NCBI GenBank assembly: GCA_034670305.1
Contig: JAXMNT010000002.1
Coordinates: 213,985 to 277,984 of the forward strand
Direction: 5' to 3'
Length of the DNA stretch: 64,000 nucleotides
From: Deltaproteobacteria bacterium
GTDB lineage: Bacteria > Myxococcota_A > Polyangia > Polyangiales > Houyiibacteriaceae
Shown here: positions 40,044 to 52,400 of the stretch, one piece after another
How the letters are laid out: every line of letters starts with the position of its first letter
Position numbering within the stretch: the stretch's first letter is position 1
Translations under genes and position numbers: made by a program
Notes under the pieces: model-generated
Databases searched by the model: none
Told to the model about the DNA's origin: nothing
What the model saw: the letters and a program-made list of their open reading frames with translations, nothing else

Positions 40044-40523
40044 CGTACGCACCCGTGCCTCCTTGCGGAGGTCGAATGGAACCTCCGCGCCAGCGCCGCC
40101 GATGGCCCGCACCACACCTGTCCGGCCTCTGGTCGGAGGCTCGGGCGGGCGCGGGGTCATGCCGCGTCGAAGGTTCGACGCACCGGTCGCGCTTTCGATC
40201 TGTTCTGAGCGAACACGTGCCCGCTCATGTTTCCGTCCCACCTCCGACACCGACGCGAGGGCGGTGTTCCGGAGGAGCGTTCGTTACGGAACCCCCAGCG
40301 CCCGACTTCTTGGACGCATCCACAAAGAGCACAGGACGTGCCGAGCACAAATCCCGAGGAACCCCCACCAGTGCAGTCGGGCTGTGGGTCGTGGAAGACG
40401 GCGAGCGTGGCAGTGGTGCCACGTCATTCGAACGTAGAAGCCGACCGACTTGAACTCAGACGCGGATGCCGACGCGCAGGGTGCAGAGATGCCGACTCGG
40501 GTCCCGATGCCGACGACGGCGCT

Positions 40524-40829
40524 CTAGCTGGGGAGGCTCGCGAGGTGTTCACCGACCGAGCGGGCGTAGGTCAGGCCGAGCGAGAGAGGAAAGTGCGCCA
40601 AGCCGTCCGCGCGCAGACGCGGGGCATGGTCGCGCTCGTAGGCGTCGAACACCTCTCGGCTGGGGAAGAGGTAGCGCGATTCGGCGTGAAGGGGCCCGAA
40701 GCGCACGAGCTCGGCGCGCACAGCACCCGCGTCGAGCAAGTCCGCGTAGTGCGCGTCGATCATCCAGGCGCACCATTGGTCGCACACCGCCTCGTCGGTG
40801 AACGTGCACGCAACCGTGTAGGCGATCAC
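40524..40829 (-). CDS. DUF4286-like small protein
   Basis: YTV......W..WM...H..D.L...Y....AP.LR; start uncertain. Confidence 0.6.
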   Translation of the reverse strand: MIAYTVACTFTDEAVCDQWCAWMIDAHYADLLDAGAVRAELVRFGPLHAESRYLFPSREVFDAYERDHAPRLRADGLAHFPLSLGLTYARSVGEHLASLPS

Positions 40830-40837
40830 GATCACGA

Positions 40838-41320
40838 TCAACAGCCCGAGACGGACACGGTGCCTTCGCCGTTTCCGAAACTCATGATCGGCGGGTCGAG
40901 CGGGTCGTCGGGTTGTTCCTCTGCTTGCCAGCCGAGGATCACCGTCGCGCTGTCCGAACCGCACAGACGCGTGCGCGATGCGGGTGGGAGATCGGTCGTG
41001 CCCCGGAAGGTGACCGTGACGGATTCGCCGGGTTCGAGTCGCCCACGAAACTCCGCTGGGCGCTCCAGGTTCACGTCCACGACCGGTTCGCCGCCCGAGA
41101 ACAGAGAGGCGCGCGGCACGATGAAGCTGTCGCCGCCAAGGGCGTGTTCACCCACCCGCAGCTCGGCGCGGACTTCGATCGTGACCGTCGTGGCGTCTGC
41201 CGTCGCGGCCCCACCCTCCACGGTCAGCACGAGACCAAGGGCGGTGTCGATGCATCCGCCCACCAACGCGCCCAGCAAGAGGCCCACGGCCACGGCCTGG
41301 TTGCGGATGCGGGTGCGCAT
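40838..41320 (-). CDS. Hypothetical lipoprotein
   Basis: Lipobox VGGC; start overlaps upstream stop. Confidence 0.6.
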   Translation of the reverse strand: MRTRIRNQAVAVGLLLGALVGGCIDTALGLVLTVEGGAATADATTVTIEVRAELRVGEHALGGDSFIVPRASLFSGGEPVVDVNLERPAEFRGRLEPGESVTVTFRGTTDLPPASRTRLCGSDSATVILGWQAEEQPDDPLDPPIMSFGNGEGTVSVSGC

Positions 41321-41877
41321 CAGGCCTTCTTTGCGCGCGCCAAGAGCGACTTCCGAATGTGGTCCGCGCCCTTGATCTCGCGCGCCACGTCGTCTTCGTC
41401 GATCTCGAGCTTCGTCACCAGCGTCACGTGCACCGTGTCGTAGAGCCACTTCGAATCGTCGACGTCCGTCACGCATTCCTTCGGCTCGTGCCCCTGATGG
41501 TTCATCGCCGGGAGCGACGTCACAACCGCCTCGAGCAGCGAGATGCCCTCGCCGAGGAACGCCCGGGCCACTTGGAGCTCCTCTTCCAGGTTGGGGAAGA
41601 ACTCAGCCGTATGCGCCCCCATGGGTTCCGGGGATCGCTTGACCGCATCCTCGAGCGTCAGCCGGAGCACGATGACCGACCCGACGTGCTGCAGCACACC
41701 GCGCACACCAGGGATCGCCGTCTCCATAGAAATGACGTGCAGGAGCGCGCCAGCTAGCGCGATGCGGCTCTCGTCGTCGACCTCAGGGTCTTCCACGATG
41801 CGCAACGCCGATTTCAGATCTCGGGGAAGACCGATCACGGCCTCACCCATCAACTCCACGAACCGCTCCCGAGACAT
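41320..41877 (-). CDS. Hypothetical helical protein (weak DUF1232-like)
   Basis: AG-rich RBS-like sequence; LP.DLK...AGALL.V...IP. Confidence 0.55.
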   Translation of the reverse strand: MSRERFVELMGEAVIGLPRDLKSALRIVEDPEVDDESRIALAGALLHVISMETAIPGVRGVLQHVGSVIVLRLTLEDAVKRSPEPMGAHTAEFFPNLEEELQVARAFLGEGISLLEAVVTSLPAMNHQGHEPKECVTDVDDSKWLYDTVHVTLVTKLEIDEDDVAREIKGADHIRKSLLARAKKA

Positions 41878-42010
41878 TCCTTCTCTCGCTGTTGAGTGGG
41901 CGAGGGCTTGTTCGCGTGAACCGCGTTGGCCCGACCCCACCGAGAGCATACGGGCTTGGCCCCCCCCTTCAAAGGGTTTCCAGCGATTCGTCCGCTGTCG
42001 GTGCCCCAAT

Positions 42011-42048
42011 GAGAAAACCCCACGCCGAAGTCGACGCGGGGTCCTCTC
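42011..42048 (-). terminator. Intrinsic terminator of the OmpA-family gene
   Basis: Minus strand ACCCCGCGTCG-ACTT-CGGCGTGGGGT hairpin followed by TTTCTC. Confidence 0.7.
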
Positions 42049-42064
42049 GAGGAAGCAGCAGTGC

Positions 42065-44083
<2,019 letters not shown>

Positions 44084-44281
44084 GCTGATCTCCCTGCGGG
44101 AGAAACCCCCGCGCCGGGCCGGGCTTAGCATGATACGCCGGAGATCAGCAACGATTCGGCCTCAGCCCTGTGGGATGGCTCCGGGCCCGTCGGGCCAGGG
44201 TGCTCGGGGGCGCTCGGCTGGGCCACTCTGGCCAGCGCGCTGTCGGCCCGTCCGCCTTCCGCAGAAGGACCGAACCGCGGC

Positions 44282-45937
44282 TTAGAGCTGGCGGCGGTAG
44301 GTGTTGGCCTGACGGCTGCCGGGCCAACGCTGGATGAGCTCGCGCATCGAACGTTCCGCGTTGCCGCGGTCGCCAATGGCCTTGTAGGCCTCGATGAGGA
44401 CACCCATCGCGCGCACCGTGTTGGCGCGGCCTCGCAAGCCTCGGACGATGCATCGCTGGTCGAAGTTGCAGCTCCGCATGACCTCGCTGGGATCGACCGA
44501 CCCACCGCCGCTCTCCATCATGGCGGGCGGTTCGACGGTCATGGTGGTCTCCATGACCGTTGCCATATGGGACATCCCCATCGAAACCCGCATGCCACCC
44601 CCGCCGCCGTTCTGGCGCAGGGCTTGGCGCAGCACATCGTTCGCCCGCCGCTGGTGTTCTCGGGAGAGATCCGGCGTCGTGAGCACGGCATTGGCGAAGC
44701 GCATGGCTTCGGCAGGGTTGTCCCCCACCACCGCCTCGGCTTGCGTGAGGTTGTGCTCGATGAAGGACTGGCGCGCCTGGACCGCCTGGGGACGCTCGCG
44801 AAGCGGACTGTCCTCCGGCAGCTCCTCGAACGCGAAGTAGGCCGTGTCGTACTCCTCGCGTTCCAGGGCGAGGACGCCGCGGGCGAACGTGGCTTCGGCC
44901 CGCTGGTTCGCTTCCGCTTCCGTCTTGCACGCGGCCGCTCCCGCGCTCGTCGGGTGGAGTTCCAGTGCCCGGTTGGCCGCACCGACCGCTGCCGCGAAGT
45001 CGCCGGTTCCGAGGGCGGTTTGGCAGTCCTCGATGGCCGCGTTCGCGGCTTCTTCAGGCGTGGGGCCTTGGTTGTCGGTGTCGGGCGGGTTCGAGACTTC
45101 GGTGTCGTTCGGGTTCTCGACCGTGACGACGTCGGGTTCGGGGTCGCTGCTGCCGCCGAGGGCGATCGCCGCGCCGATGATGACGGCCACCAGAATGATC
45201 AGCCCGGCCCACATGGTGGTGTTGCTCGAGCGCTGAGGCTCGGTCGGAAGATCGATCGCATCCATCTGGACGGTGCGATCGGCCTCGAACACGTAGGCCT
45301 CGCCCTCCCCGACGAATCGGAAGCGGACCTGCCCGAGTTCCAGCACGTCTCCACTGGTGAGCACGCACTGGGCGATGTCCTTGCCGTTGAGTCGCATGCC
45401 GTTGGCGGACTCGAGGTCTTCGACTCGGATCTGCTCCCCGTCGAGCCGGACCACCGCGTGCTCGCGGGAGATCGATCGGTGATTGATCCAGATCTCGAGA
45501 TCTTCGGCGCGGCCGATGCGCATGCCGTCGCGCGTCAGCGCGAACTCGGCACCCGGGGCCGGCGGGGTCAACATCACCAGGCGCGGGGGAACGGCCTGCT
45601 GCTCCATGCCGACGGGCGGCGCGGGCATGGCTTCGGTCGACGCCTCGCTCTGAAGCGCGATGACGTAGTCGCCGATGGTGACTTGATCGCCAGGGGAGAG
45701 CGGCGTCTGCGCTTCCGCTTCGATCCGCCGGCCGTTGATCTTGACCCCATTGTAGGAACCGAGATCTTCGATCGTGTAGTTCCCACTCGACTTCTGAAGA
45801 CGCGCGTGGCGACGAGAGACGTTCCGCTCCGTCAGACGGATCGTATTTCCCTCTTTGCGCCCGATCGTGATCTCGTCGCGAACGAGAGGAACGACCGTCG
45901 TCTTTCCTTCATCGTCGGAAATGACGAGCTTGAACAT
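44282..45937 (-). CDS. Tandem FHA-domain membrane protein with periplasmic TPR-like region
   Basis: GR..GN..L..RNVSRRHA...SYNG; GR...SISREHA...SANG; TM helix; helical C-terminus. Confidence 0.85.
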   Translation of the reverse strand: MFKLVISDDEGKTTVVPLVRDEITIGRKEGNTIRLTERNVSRRHARLQKSSGNYTIEDLGSYNGVKINGRRIEAEAQTPLSPGDQVTIGDYVIALQSEASTEAMPAPPVGMEQQAVPPRLVMLTPPAPGAEFALTRDGMRIGRAEDLEIWINHRSISREHAVVRLDGEQIRVEDLESANGMRLNGKDIAQCVLTSGDVLELGQVRFRFVGEGEAYVFEADRTVQMDAIDLPTEPQRSSNTTMWAGLIILVAVIIGAAIALGGSSDPEPDVVTVENPNDTEVSNPPDTDNQGPTPEEAANAAIEDCQTALGTGDFAAAVGAANRALELHPTSAGAAACKTEAEANQRAEATFARGVLALEREEYDTAYFAFEELPEDSPLRERPQAVQARQSFIEHNLTQAEAVVGDNPAEAMRFANAVLTTPDLSREHQRRANDVLRQALRQNGGGGGMRVSMGMSHMATVMETTMTVEPPAMMESGGGSVDPSEVMRSCNFDQRCIVRGLRGRANTVRAMGVLIEAYKAIGDRGNAERSMRELIQRWPGSRQANTYRRQL

Positions 45938-46126
45938 CAGGTCTGAAGTCCCTTGAAACCCATAGAAAAACGCAAATTACGCAATCTGCTGGGATGGTAC
46001 CTGGACGGGTGGGGGTGTCAACGAGCGGGTTGTGGGTCGAAGCCCGACGCGGTCGATTTCGAGGCCCGTTGCGGGGTGCGAGAGAGGGGGCGAGACACGC
46101 TCCTCTCCCAATGCCACAGTGTCGGG

Positions 46127-47650
46127 GTGAATCGCCGGCGTGGCAGCAAGACCCACTTCCGCGCCCTCATTCTTTTTGTGGTGGGCGCCCTCTCCGGAGT
46201 GGCTTGCGGCGGTGACAGCGCACCACCGGCGCCTCTGCTCGACGCCGCGCGCCCGGATTCGGCCTCCGTCGATGCCGCCCCGATCGACGCATCGCCGAGA
46301 AGAGATGCGGCCACCCTTCCCCCGGCAGACCTGGAGGTCGTGCTGCCGTACTTGGGCCCTGCCGTGGAGGAGGTACGGACGATCCGCGGCGCCCCAGGCC
46401 GGCTCGACGTGCACTTCTCGATTGATACGACCGGTTCCTTCGGTGGAGAGATCGACGCCCTTCAATCCGAGCTCTCCGCCCGCATCATCCCCGCCATCGA
46501 AGACCGCGTGGCCGATGTGGCGTTTGGGGTGTCGCGGTTCGAAGACTTCGATCTCCCGCCCTTTGGCAGCGAGGGCGACGATCCATTCGAACTGTTGAGC
46601 GCCATCACCACCGATCGGGGCCGCACCCGGGCCGCGGTGGCGCGCCTCGACAACCCATTCGGCGCAGGGGGCGATGGCCCCGAATCTGGGTACGAGGCCC
46701 TGTTCCAGATCGCGACCGGCTTCGGCTACACGTCGGATGGGATCGTCTGGATCCCACCGCAGCGGGAGAGCCGCATCGGCGGCGTGCACTTCCGTCCCGG
46801 CGCCATCCACGCGGTCGTGCATGCCACCGACGCCCCCTCCCACGTGCCCGGAGACTACGCCCCGGCGCTGCCTGGAACCCATGGGTTCGCGGACGTGGTG
46901 GAGGCGATGGCGGCGATCGACGCGGTGGTGCTCGGGATCTCGAGCCACGACCGCGCCCGGAGCCAACTCGAGTCGCTCGCGTTGACCACCGGCGCCCACA
47001 TTCCCGCAACCTCGACCCAGTGTGCGACCGGTCAGGGCGGCGAGACGCACCCGGCCCGGAGCGGCCGGTGTCCCCTTGTCTTCGATGTGCAGAGCGACGG
47101 CACCGGCCTGAGCGCCGCGATCGTCGACGGCCTGGTCGGTCTGCTCGACACCGTCACGTTCGACGAGGTCTATGGCCAGGCCGTGGACGATCGGCTGGGG
47201 TTCGTCCGAGCCATCGAAGCCATCTCTGCGGTTCCGCCCGCGGACGTCACGGCGCCGGACGTGGTGGACCGCCGCCCGGTCGATGGGGTGCTCGACACCT
47301 TTCTTGGCGTGCGCATCGACACCCAGCTCGACTTCGCGGTCCGGCTGCGGAACGAGACGCTTCCCCCCGCGGACTACGATCAGGTGTTCCGACTGTCCGT
47401 TCAGATCGTGGGGGACGCGCTGGTGCTCGACGAGGTCACGATCCGCATCGTCGTGCCCCGCGGGCGGCTCGACGCGGGTCCGCGGGATGCCGGGCCCGAC
47501 GCGATGGATGCAGGCCCCGTCGACGCGCCCGCCGACGCTGCGGGGGATGCCCCGGATGCGGAAGTGGATGCGGAAGTGGACGCTGATGTGGGCGACGCGG
47601 ATGCCGGCCTGGACGCAGCCCTGGATGCTGGGGTGGATTCTGGCGCATGA
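46127..47650 (+). CDS. VWA/integrin-beta-like lipoprotein (CglD-like)
   Basis: Lipobox VAC; DTTGS MIDAS-like, GGDGPES..EAL, FRPGA, TDAP; DAG-rich tail. Confidence 0.7.
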   Translation: MNRRRGSKTHFRALILFVVGALSGVACGGDSAPPAPLLDAARPDSASVDAAPIDASPRRDAATLPPADLEVVLPYLGPAVEEVRTIRGAPGRLDVHFSIDTTGSFGGEIDALQSELSARIIPAIEDRVADVAFGVSRFEDFDLPPFGSEGDDPFELLSAITTDRGRTRAAVARLDNPFGAGGDGPESGYEALFQIATGFGYTSDGIVWIPPQRESRIGGVHFRPGAIHAVVHATDAPSHVPGDYAPALPGTHGFADVVEAMAAIDAVVLGISSHDRARSQLESLALTTGAHIPATSTQCATGQGGETHPARSGRCPLVFDVQSDGTGLSAAIVDGLVGLLDTVTFDEVYGQAVDDRLGFVRAIEAISAVPPADVTAPDVVDRRPVDGVLDTFLGVRIDTQLDFAVRLRNETLPPADYDQVFRLSVQIVGDALVLDEVTIRIVVPRGRLDAGPRDAGPDAMDAGPVDAPADAAGDAPDAEVDAEVDADVGDADAGLDAALDAGVDSGA

Positions 47651-48012
47651 TGCCGCGCATGGATCGCGGGATGCTTTCTGGACTCCTGTGCGCTGCGCTC
47701 CTGCTGCCCTCCACGGCCGCCTTGGTCGCGTGCGGTGGGTCCGACGTGGGCGGTATCCACGCCCGCATGGGATTCAGTGAGGAGCGTGGGCTGCGGGTGG
47801 TGGAGGTGGAGCCGGACGGTCCGGCGGCCCGTGCCGGACTGCGCGAAGGCGATCGCATCGTGACCATCGAGGGCGAAGCGGTTCGGGAGATGAGCCTCGA
47901 CGAACTGCTGAGCCAACTTCGGGGTCCGGTCGGTTCGCACGTGACGCTGGAGATCTTTCGCGACGGCGAACTCCAAGAGCTCGAGGCGCAGCGAACCCCC
48001 TACCGCCGCTGA
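47647..48012 (+). CDS. Single PDZ-domain lipoprotein
   Basis: Lipobox LVAC; GGI, GPAARAGLREGDRIV.I.G, LRGPVGS.V.L. Confidence 0.85.
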   Translation: MMPRMDRGMLSGLLCAALLLPSTAALVACGGSDVGGIHARMGFSEERGLRVVEVEPDGPAARAGLREGDRIVTIEGEAVREMSLDELLSQLRGPVGSHVTLEIFRDGELQELEAQRTPYRR

Positions 48013-48026
48013 TCTCCAACGCCGTT

Positions 48027-48239
48027 TCAGCCGGGGGAGCGCTCGCTCCACCACGCTGCGAACTCGTCGAAGCCGATGAGGCCCGACTCGTCGGAATCGA
48101 TCACATCGAAAAGCTTCTCGACCTTGGCCGGCTCCATCTTCGATCCAAGCCGTTCCAACAGCTGTCGGAACTCGATCAGGTCGATCCGGCCGTTCCCGTC
48201 TTGGTCACACTCGTCAAACTGAGTTCGAACGTCGCTCAT
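48027..48239 (-). CDS. Two-EF-hand calcium-binding protein
   Basis: DQDGNGRIDLIE and DSDESGLIGFDE loops. Confidence 0.9.
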   Translation of the reverse strand: MSDVRTQFDECDQDGNGRIDLIEFRQLLERLGSKMEPAKVEKLFDVIDSDESGLIGFDEFAAWWSERSPG

Positions 48240-48316
48240 CCCGCGGACTCTACATCAACCCGGCGAGAGACAAAGCGCGTCGAACTTTGGTCACCCACCT
48301 GATAGGGTGGAGCCGC

Positions 48317-48808
48317 ATGACTGCCTTGCCATCGGACCTCCTCCAAGTGCACCTCGAAGAGGGAAGCGCACGACTTTCGGTCGCGTCGGAGACCTACCCT
48401 CTCGACGCGCTCTACGCAGCCGCGTTCACGTTCCTCGATCGGTGTTTCGTCCACCTCGACAAGGTGGACGAACGGTACGTTGTCACGCTGGCCCCCAAGC
48501 CAGGCAAGGATCCGGTGGACGAGTCCAACCTCCAGACCCTCGCCGGCACGTTCGCCAACGAGCTGCTGTCCGCCGCGTGGCGACAGAAGCTCACCGAGCG
48601 CAACGGGGCGACGATCGAGCTCGTGACCCGCACCGCGTTCAGTGGTGCCGCGGGGCCGCCCAGCCTCGACGACCTCGACGACTTCGACTTCTCGGAAGAG
48701 CCCTTTCACGATCCGCTCGGCATCGCCGAGAGCTGGGAAGAGAAGTACGGCAAGGACAAGACCGCCAAGCCGGAGTCCGACGACTCGGGAAGCACGGACC
48801 CCAGTTGA
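48317..48808 (+). CDS. hxsD: His-Xaa-Ser system protein HxsD-like
   Basis: YPLDALYAAAF.FLDRCFVHL...FANELL...R..L...N..I.ELV..AF recalls the HxsD pattern; next to an HxS-repeat peptide. Confidence 0.8.
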   Translation: MTALPSDLLQVHLEEGSARLSVASETYPLDALYAAAFTFLDRCFVHLDKVDERYVVTLAPKPGKDPVDESNLQTLAGTFANELLSAAWRQKLTERNGATIELVTRTAFSGAAGPPSLDDLDDFDFSEEPFHDPLGIAESWEEKYGKDKTAKPESDDSGSTDPS

Positions 48809-49014
48809 GGGAGGTCCGCTTTCACCGCGAGGTCTACGAGGGCACCTGCGTCGACTCGGCGATCGGCACCCTCGCCACCTTTGGCACCTTCGAACAGTCC
48901 GAAGATGAGACGCACTGGATCGTCCAGGTCACGGCCAAGACGCCCGCCCGAGAGCTGCGTCTGGCCCGGGAATTGGGCAATTTCGCACTCGGCTACCAGC
49001 TCAGCAAGGACTGA
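48805..49014 (+). CDS. Second, short HxsD-like protein (69 aa)
   Basis: TTG overlapping hxsD stop; F..EVY...VD.AI...ELGNFAL parallels the HxsD core. Confidence 0.65.
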   Translation: MREVRFHREVYEGTCVDSAIGTLATFGTFEQSEDETHWIVQVTAKTPARELRLARELGNFALGYQLSKD

Positions 49015-49107
49015 GCGGGACCGGCCCCAGCGGCCCACGTCCACAGGTTGGGGTCTTTCGGCCGCCGGGAGATTGTTTCCTGCCTGGTTCCGACGTAGCA
49101 TTGACCT

Positions 49108-49407
49108 GTGGCCGACGACGACGACATCCCCAGCTTCAAGCCTGAAACCCTGGTTCGCCTGACCGACCGTCAGCAACGCATCGTCGCTGAAGGCGATCCC
49201 GATGCTTTCGCGGACGGCCCGTCGTTCGATGGCAGCGGCGCGCATCTGCTCGGGCAGCACGGCAGCCACGGCTCGCATGGCAGCCACGGCTCGCACGGCA
49301 GCCACGGTTCGCACGGAAGCCACGGTTCGCACGGATCGCATGGCTCCCACGGATCGCATGGCTCCCACGGATCGCACGGCTCCCACGGTTCGCACGGCAG
49401 CTGGTAG
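49108..49407 (+). CDS. His-Xaa-Ser repeat precursor peptide, HxsA-like, (HGS)x16-W
   Basis: 50-aa acidic leader ending HLLGQ, then 16 exact HGS triplets with varied synonymous codons, then Trp-stop. Confidence 0.9.
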   Translation: MADDDDIPSFKPETLVRLTDRQQRIVAEGDPDAFADGPSFDGSGAHLLGQHGSHGSHGSHGSHGSHGSHGSHGSHGSHGSHGSHGSHGSHGSHGSHGSW

Positions 49408-49482
49408 CCGACCCTCGGCGGGCGGACGCTGAGCCGACGCCGCACCCTCGATGCCCAAGCTGACGTTTCACCCACCGGGTCG

Positions 49483-52400
49483 ATGAGCCAGGTTCTCTCC
49501 CCCACCGACATCGAGTCGTTCGTCGAGCGTGGGTACGTGGTGGTTCGCAACGCGTTCCATCGCGAAGAAGCGCTCCGCTTGGTCGAGCAGTCCTTGGTGG
49601 GGCTCGACCCACCACCGCGTGCTTCGATTCGTACCCCGACGGGCGATCGCACGATCGGCCTCGAAGACGGGTTCGTTCCCTCGGATCCCAGCACGTGGCC
49701 CGAGCCTACGCTCAACCTTCACACCCGGCGCCCGCTCCAACTTCAGCAGTTCGCCCCGCGGCTTTCCACCGCGGTCCGGCAACTCGTGGGCGACGGGTTG
49801 CTGCACCGATCGACGATTGGTCACCTCTGGAAGCTGAACGCCGACTTCGCACCGGGTCCCGCACCGCCGGTGAGCGAGAAGTGGATCCCGGACAGCTGGC
49901 ACATCGATCACCCCGGGGCGCCGACCACCTTCGAGGGGCGCACCGATGCGGTCGTGCTCTTCATGCTGTGGTCCGACATCGGCCCCTGCGGTGGGGGCAC
50001 CCGATTCCGGCCCGAGTCCATCGACCTGCTCACTGCGTCGATCGAGTCGAACGGCGCGGTCGATGTCCAGGGGGACGCATTCCGCGCAGCGCTCACGAAG
50101 GCCGGCCCGATTCAAGAAATCACCGGCCGCACGGGGGATGTCTTCGTGATGCACGGCTGGCTCTTCCACTCCGTCGCGCTCAACTACGCGCACAAGATCC
50201 GGGTGCTCGAGAACTCGATGGTCGAGACCGCGTACCCGCTGAACTACTCGCCCCACAATCCGTCTCCCTCGCCGGTCGAGCGCTGCATCATTCGTCGACG
50301 CAAGAACACGGACGACGACTACGGCGTCTTTGCCCGCACGGCCCGCGCGTTCATCGGGACGCACGCCGACCGGATGCTCGATCCTGATTCTGCGAAGGGC
50401 GCCCCACAAGAGCCGGCGCCATTGGACCGCGCGCTGCTCGCCGCCTGGGCCCATCGAACCGCGGGGGCCGTGCGACGGGTGCGCCCGCCGCGGTCCCAGC
50501 TCGTGCGCTGGGCCATCCGCACACTCCGCGACACGTTCGTCATCGGCACGTTGAGCACGCGCACGGACCCGACATTCTCAGGGCTGATGCGTGGCTCGGG
50601 CAACGTGGAGACGCGGCAGACGTTTCTGGTCGCGCTGCTCCGCGCCGCCGGACGCCAGGCCGAACTTCACCGGACCCACCACACCATTCGCATCCGCGAA
50701 GGCGACGAGTGGTTCTCCGTCGGTGGCAGCGGGGAGCTCCGACGCGAGAACACGGCGGACGAGGACTACCTGCAGCTGCCCTGGCCCGACGAGCACCCCC
50801 CGCTGGATTCGTTGACCGACGTCGATCGACCTTCGCAACCCGACCCCTGGGCCCACCTCGACCCGGACGTCGCCGAGTTCTTCGATCTGCGCTTGCAGCA
50901 CCTGGACCGGCCCGGCCGAGCGGGGCCCGCGATGTACCGAGCGCTCTGCAGCAGCAACACGGTCGGTCCGTGGGCCAGAGCGCTCTCCGGGCGCGCCCAG
51001 GCTCGGCAGCTCCACCCTCCGCCCCAATGGACGCGCGCGCTGTTTCGCGGCACACGCGTCTCAGCGGTGTGGGCGGAGGAAGTCGGCCGGGAGTTCCGCG
51101 TGTGGGTGGCGGTCAAGACGACGCGCGAACCGGTCGTGGTCTGGTTCCATAGAAAACAGGTCCACCGCGCCGGACGCGTGGTGCACGGGTTCTACGAACG
51201 CTGGGCCGCGGATCTCGAGCGCACCCGGACGCGGCTCCGATGGCTCAATGCGGTGGTCTCGGGCATGTCCGACGATCGTTACGCCGCGTCCGACGCCGAA
51301 CGCGCACTCGCGTGCATGGTGCAGTCGTTCAAGAAGCCGATCGGCGACGACGACCAAGAGCCGACGCCGACGTCGGGTTCCGATCGAGCCGTTCGCCTCT
51401 GCCGCGCGGTCCGCTCCGCGCAGTGGGCTCAGGTGTTCTCCGTGGATCCATCGGAGGAGCTTCCTGCGTGGATCCAAGTCGTGCTCTCCTTGTTGAAGGG
51501 CGACATGGACCGTGTGCGGACGATGGAAGAGCCCAGCGGGCCCGCCGCAGCGACCTCGGTGTTCGTGGGCCACATGCTCATGCAGGCAGGCTTCGACTCG
51601 GCCGCGTTCCGTTGGTTCGAGCATGGCGAACCGGCGCTTCCCAAGAACGCCCGCCGGTCGATGCTTCATCTTCGGACCCAACTGGCCCAGCGACTCGGAC
51701 GCACGGCGGAAGCCCGGACGCTCGCCCGCCACTTGGTCCTGTCGGCGGAGGGCGCCGAAGCGCTCGCCTCTGGTGCGGAGGAGTTGATCTCGCTGGGCGC
51801 GTTCGGTGACGCCACGGCCGTGCTCGAAGAGGCAGTGACACGGCACCCTGGGTCGATTCAGGTCCGCCGACTGTTCGCGCGCCTGTGCGCGTGGAGCGGC
51901 GACCTGCCCCGACTCGATGCGTTGATCAACGACCTGCCGCCGGAGCCGGCCACCCAGAAGCTCCGCGCGATCTGGCTGGCGTGCCACGAGCGGTACGAAG
52001 AAGCGCTGCACCTGTTCGAAGAGATCGTGGAGCACATCGACACCGAGGAATGCCGACTCTGGCTCGCCGAGCTCCATCTTCGCGTGGGCCACCCCCCCAA
52101 GCGCGCGCACTACGAACTCGAGCGTTCCCGGCTGCGCTCTCAGAATGCGGCCCACTTGATGCTCGCCGTGTGGATCGACGATGCCAACTGGGGACCGAAG
52201 TTGCTGTCCTGGTACGACTACCTCGATGGAACACCTCCCCGGCCAACCGAGGAGAAGGATCTCGAGCGCTCGCGGGTGTTCTGTCGAGAAGCGCTCCGGT
52301 GGTTCCGCGGCAACCGAACCGACCGGCTGACCCGCGTGCTGCCTGCGAGTTCGACGTCCCCACGAGACCTCTCGTACGTAGAGCCTCCGGAAGAAGACAG

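Noticed and set aside
49258-49401. HGS tract as a non-coding microsatellite
   Set aside because: Variation is entirely synonymous in one frame, with a leader and hxsD-like neighbours
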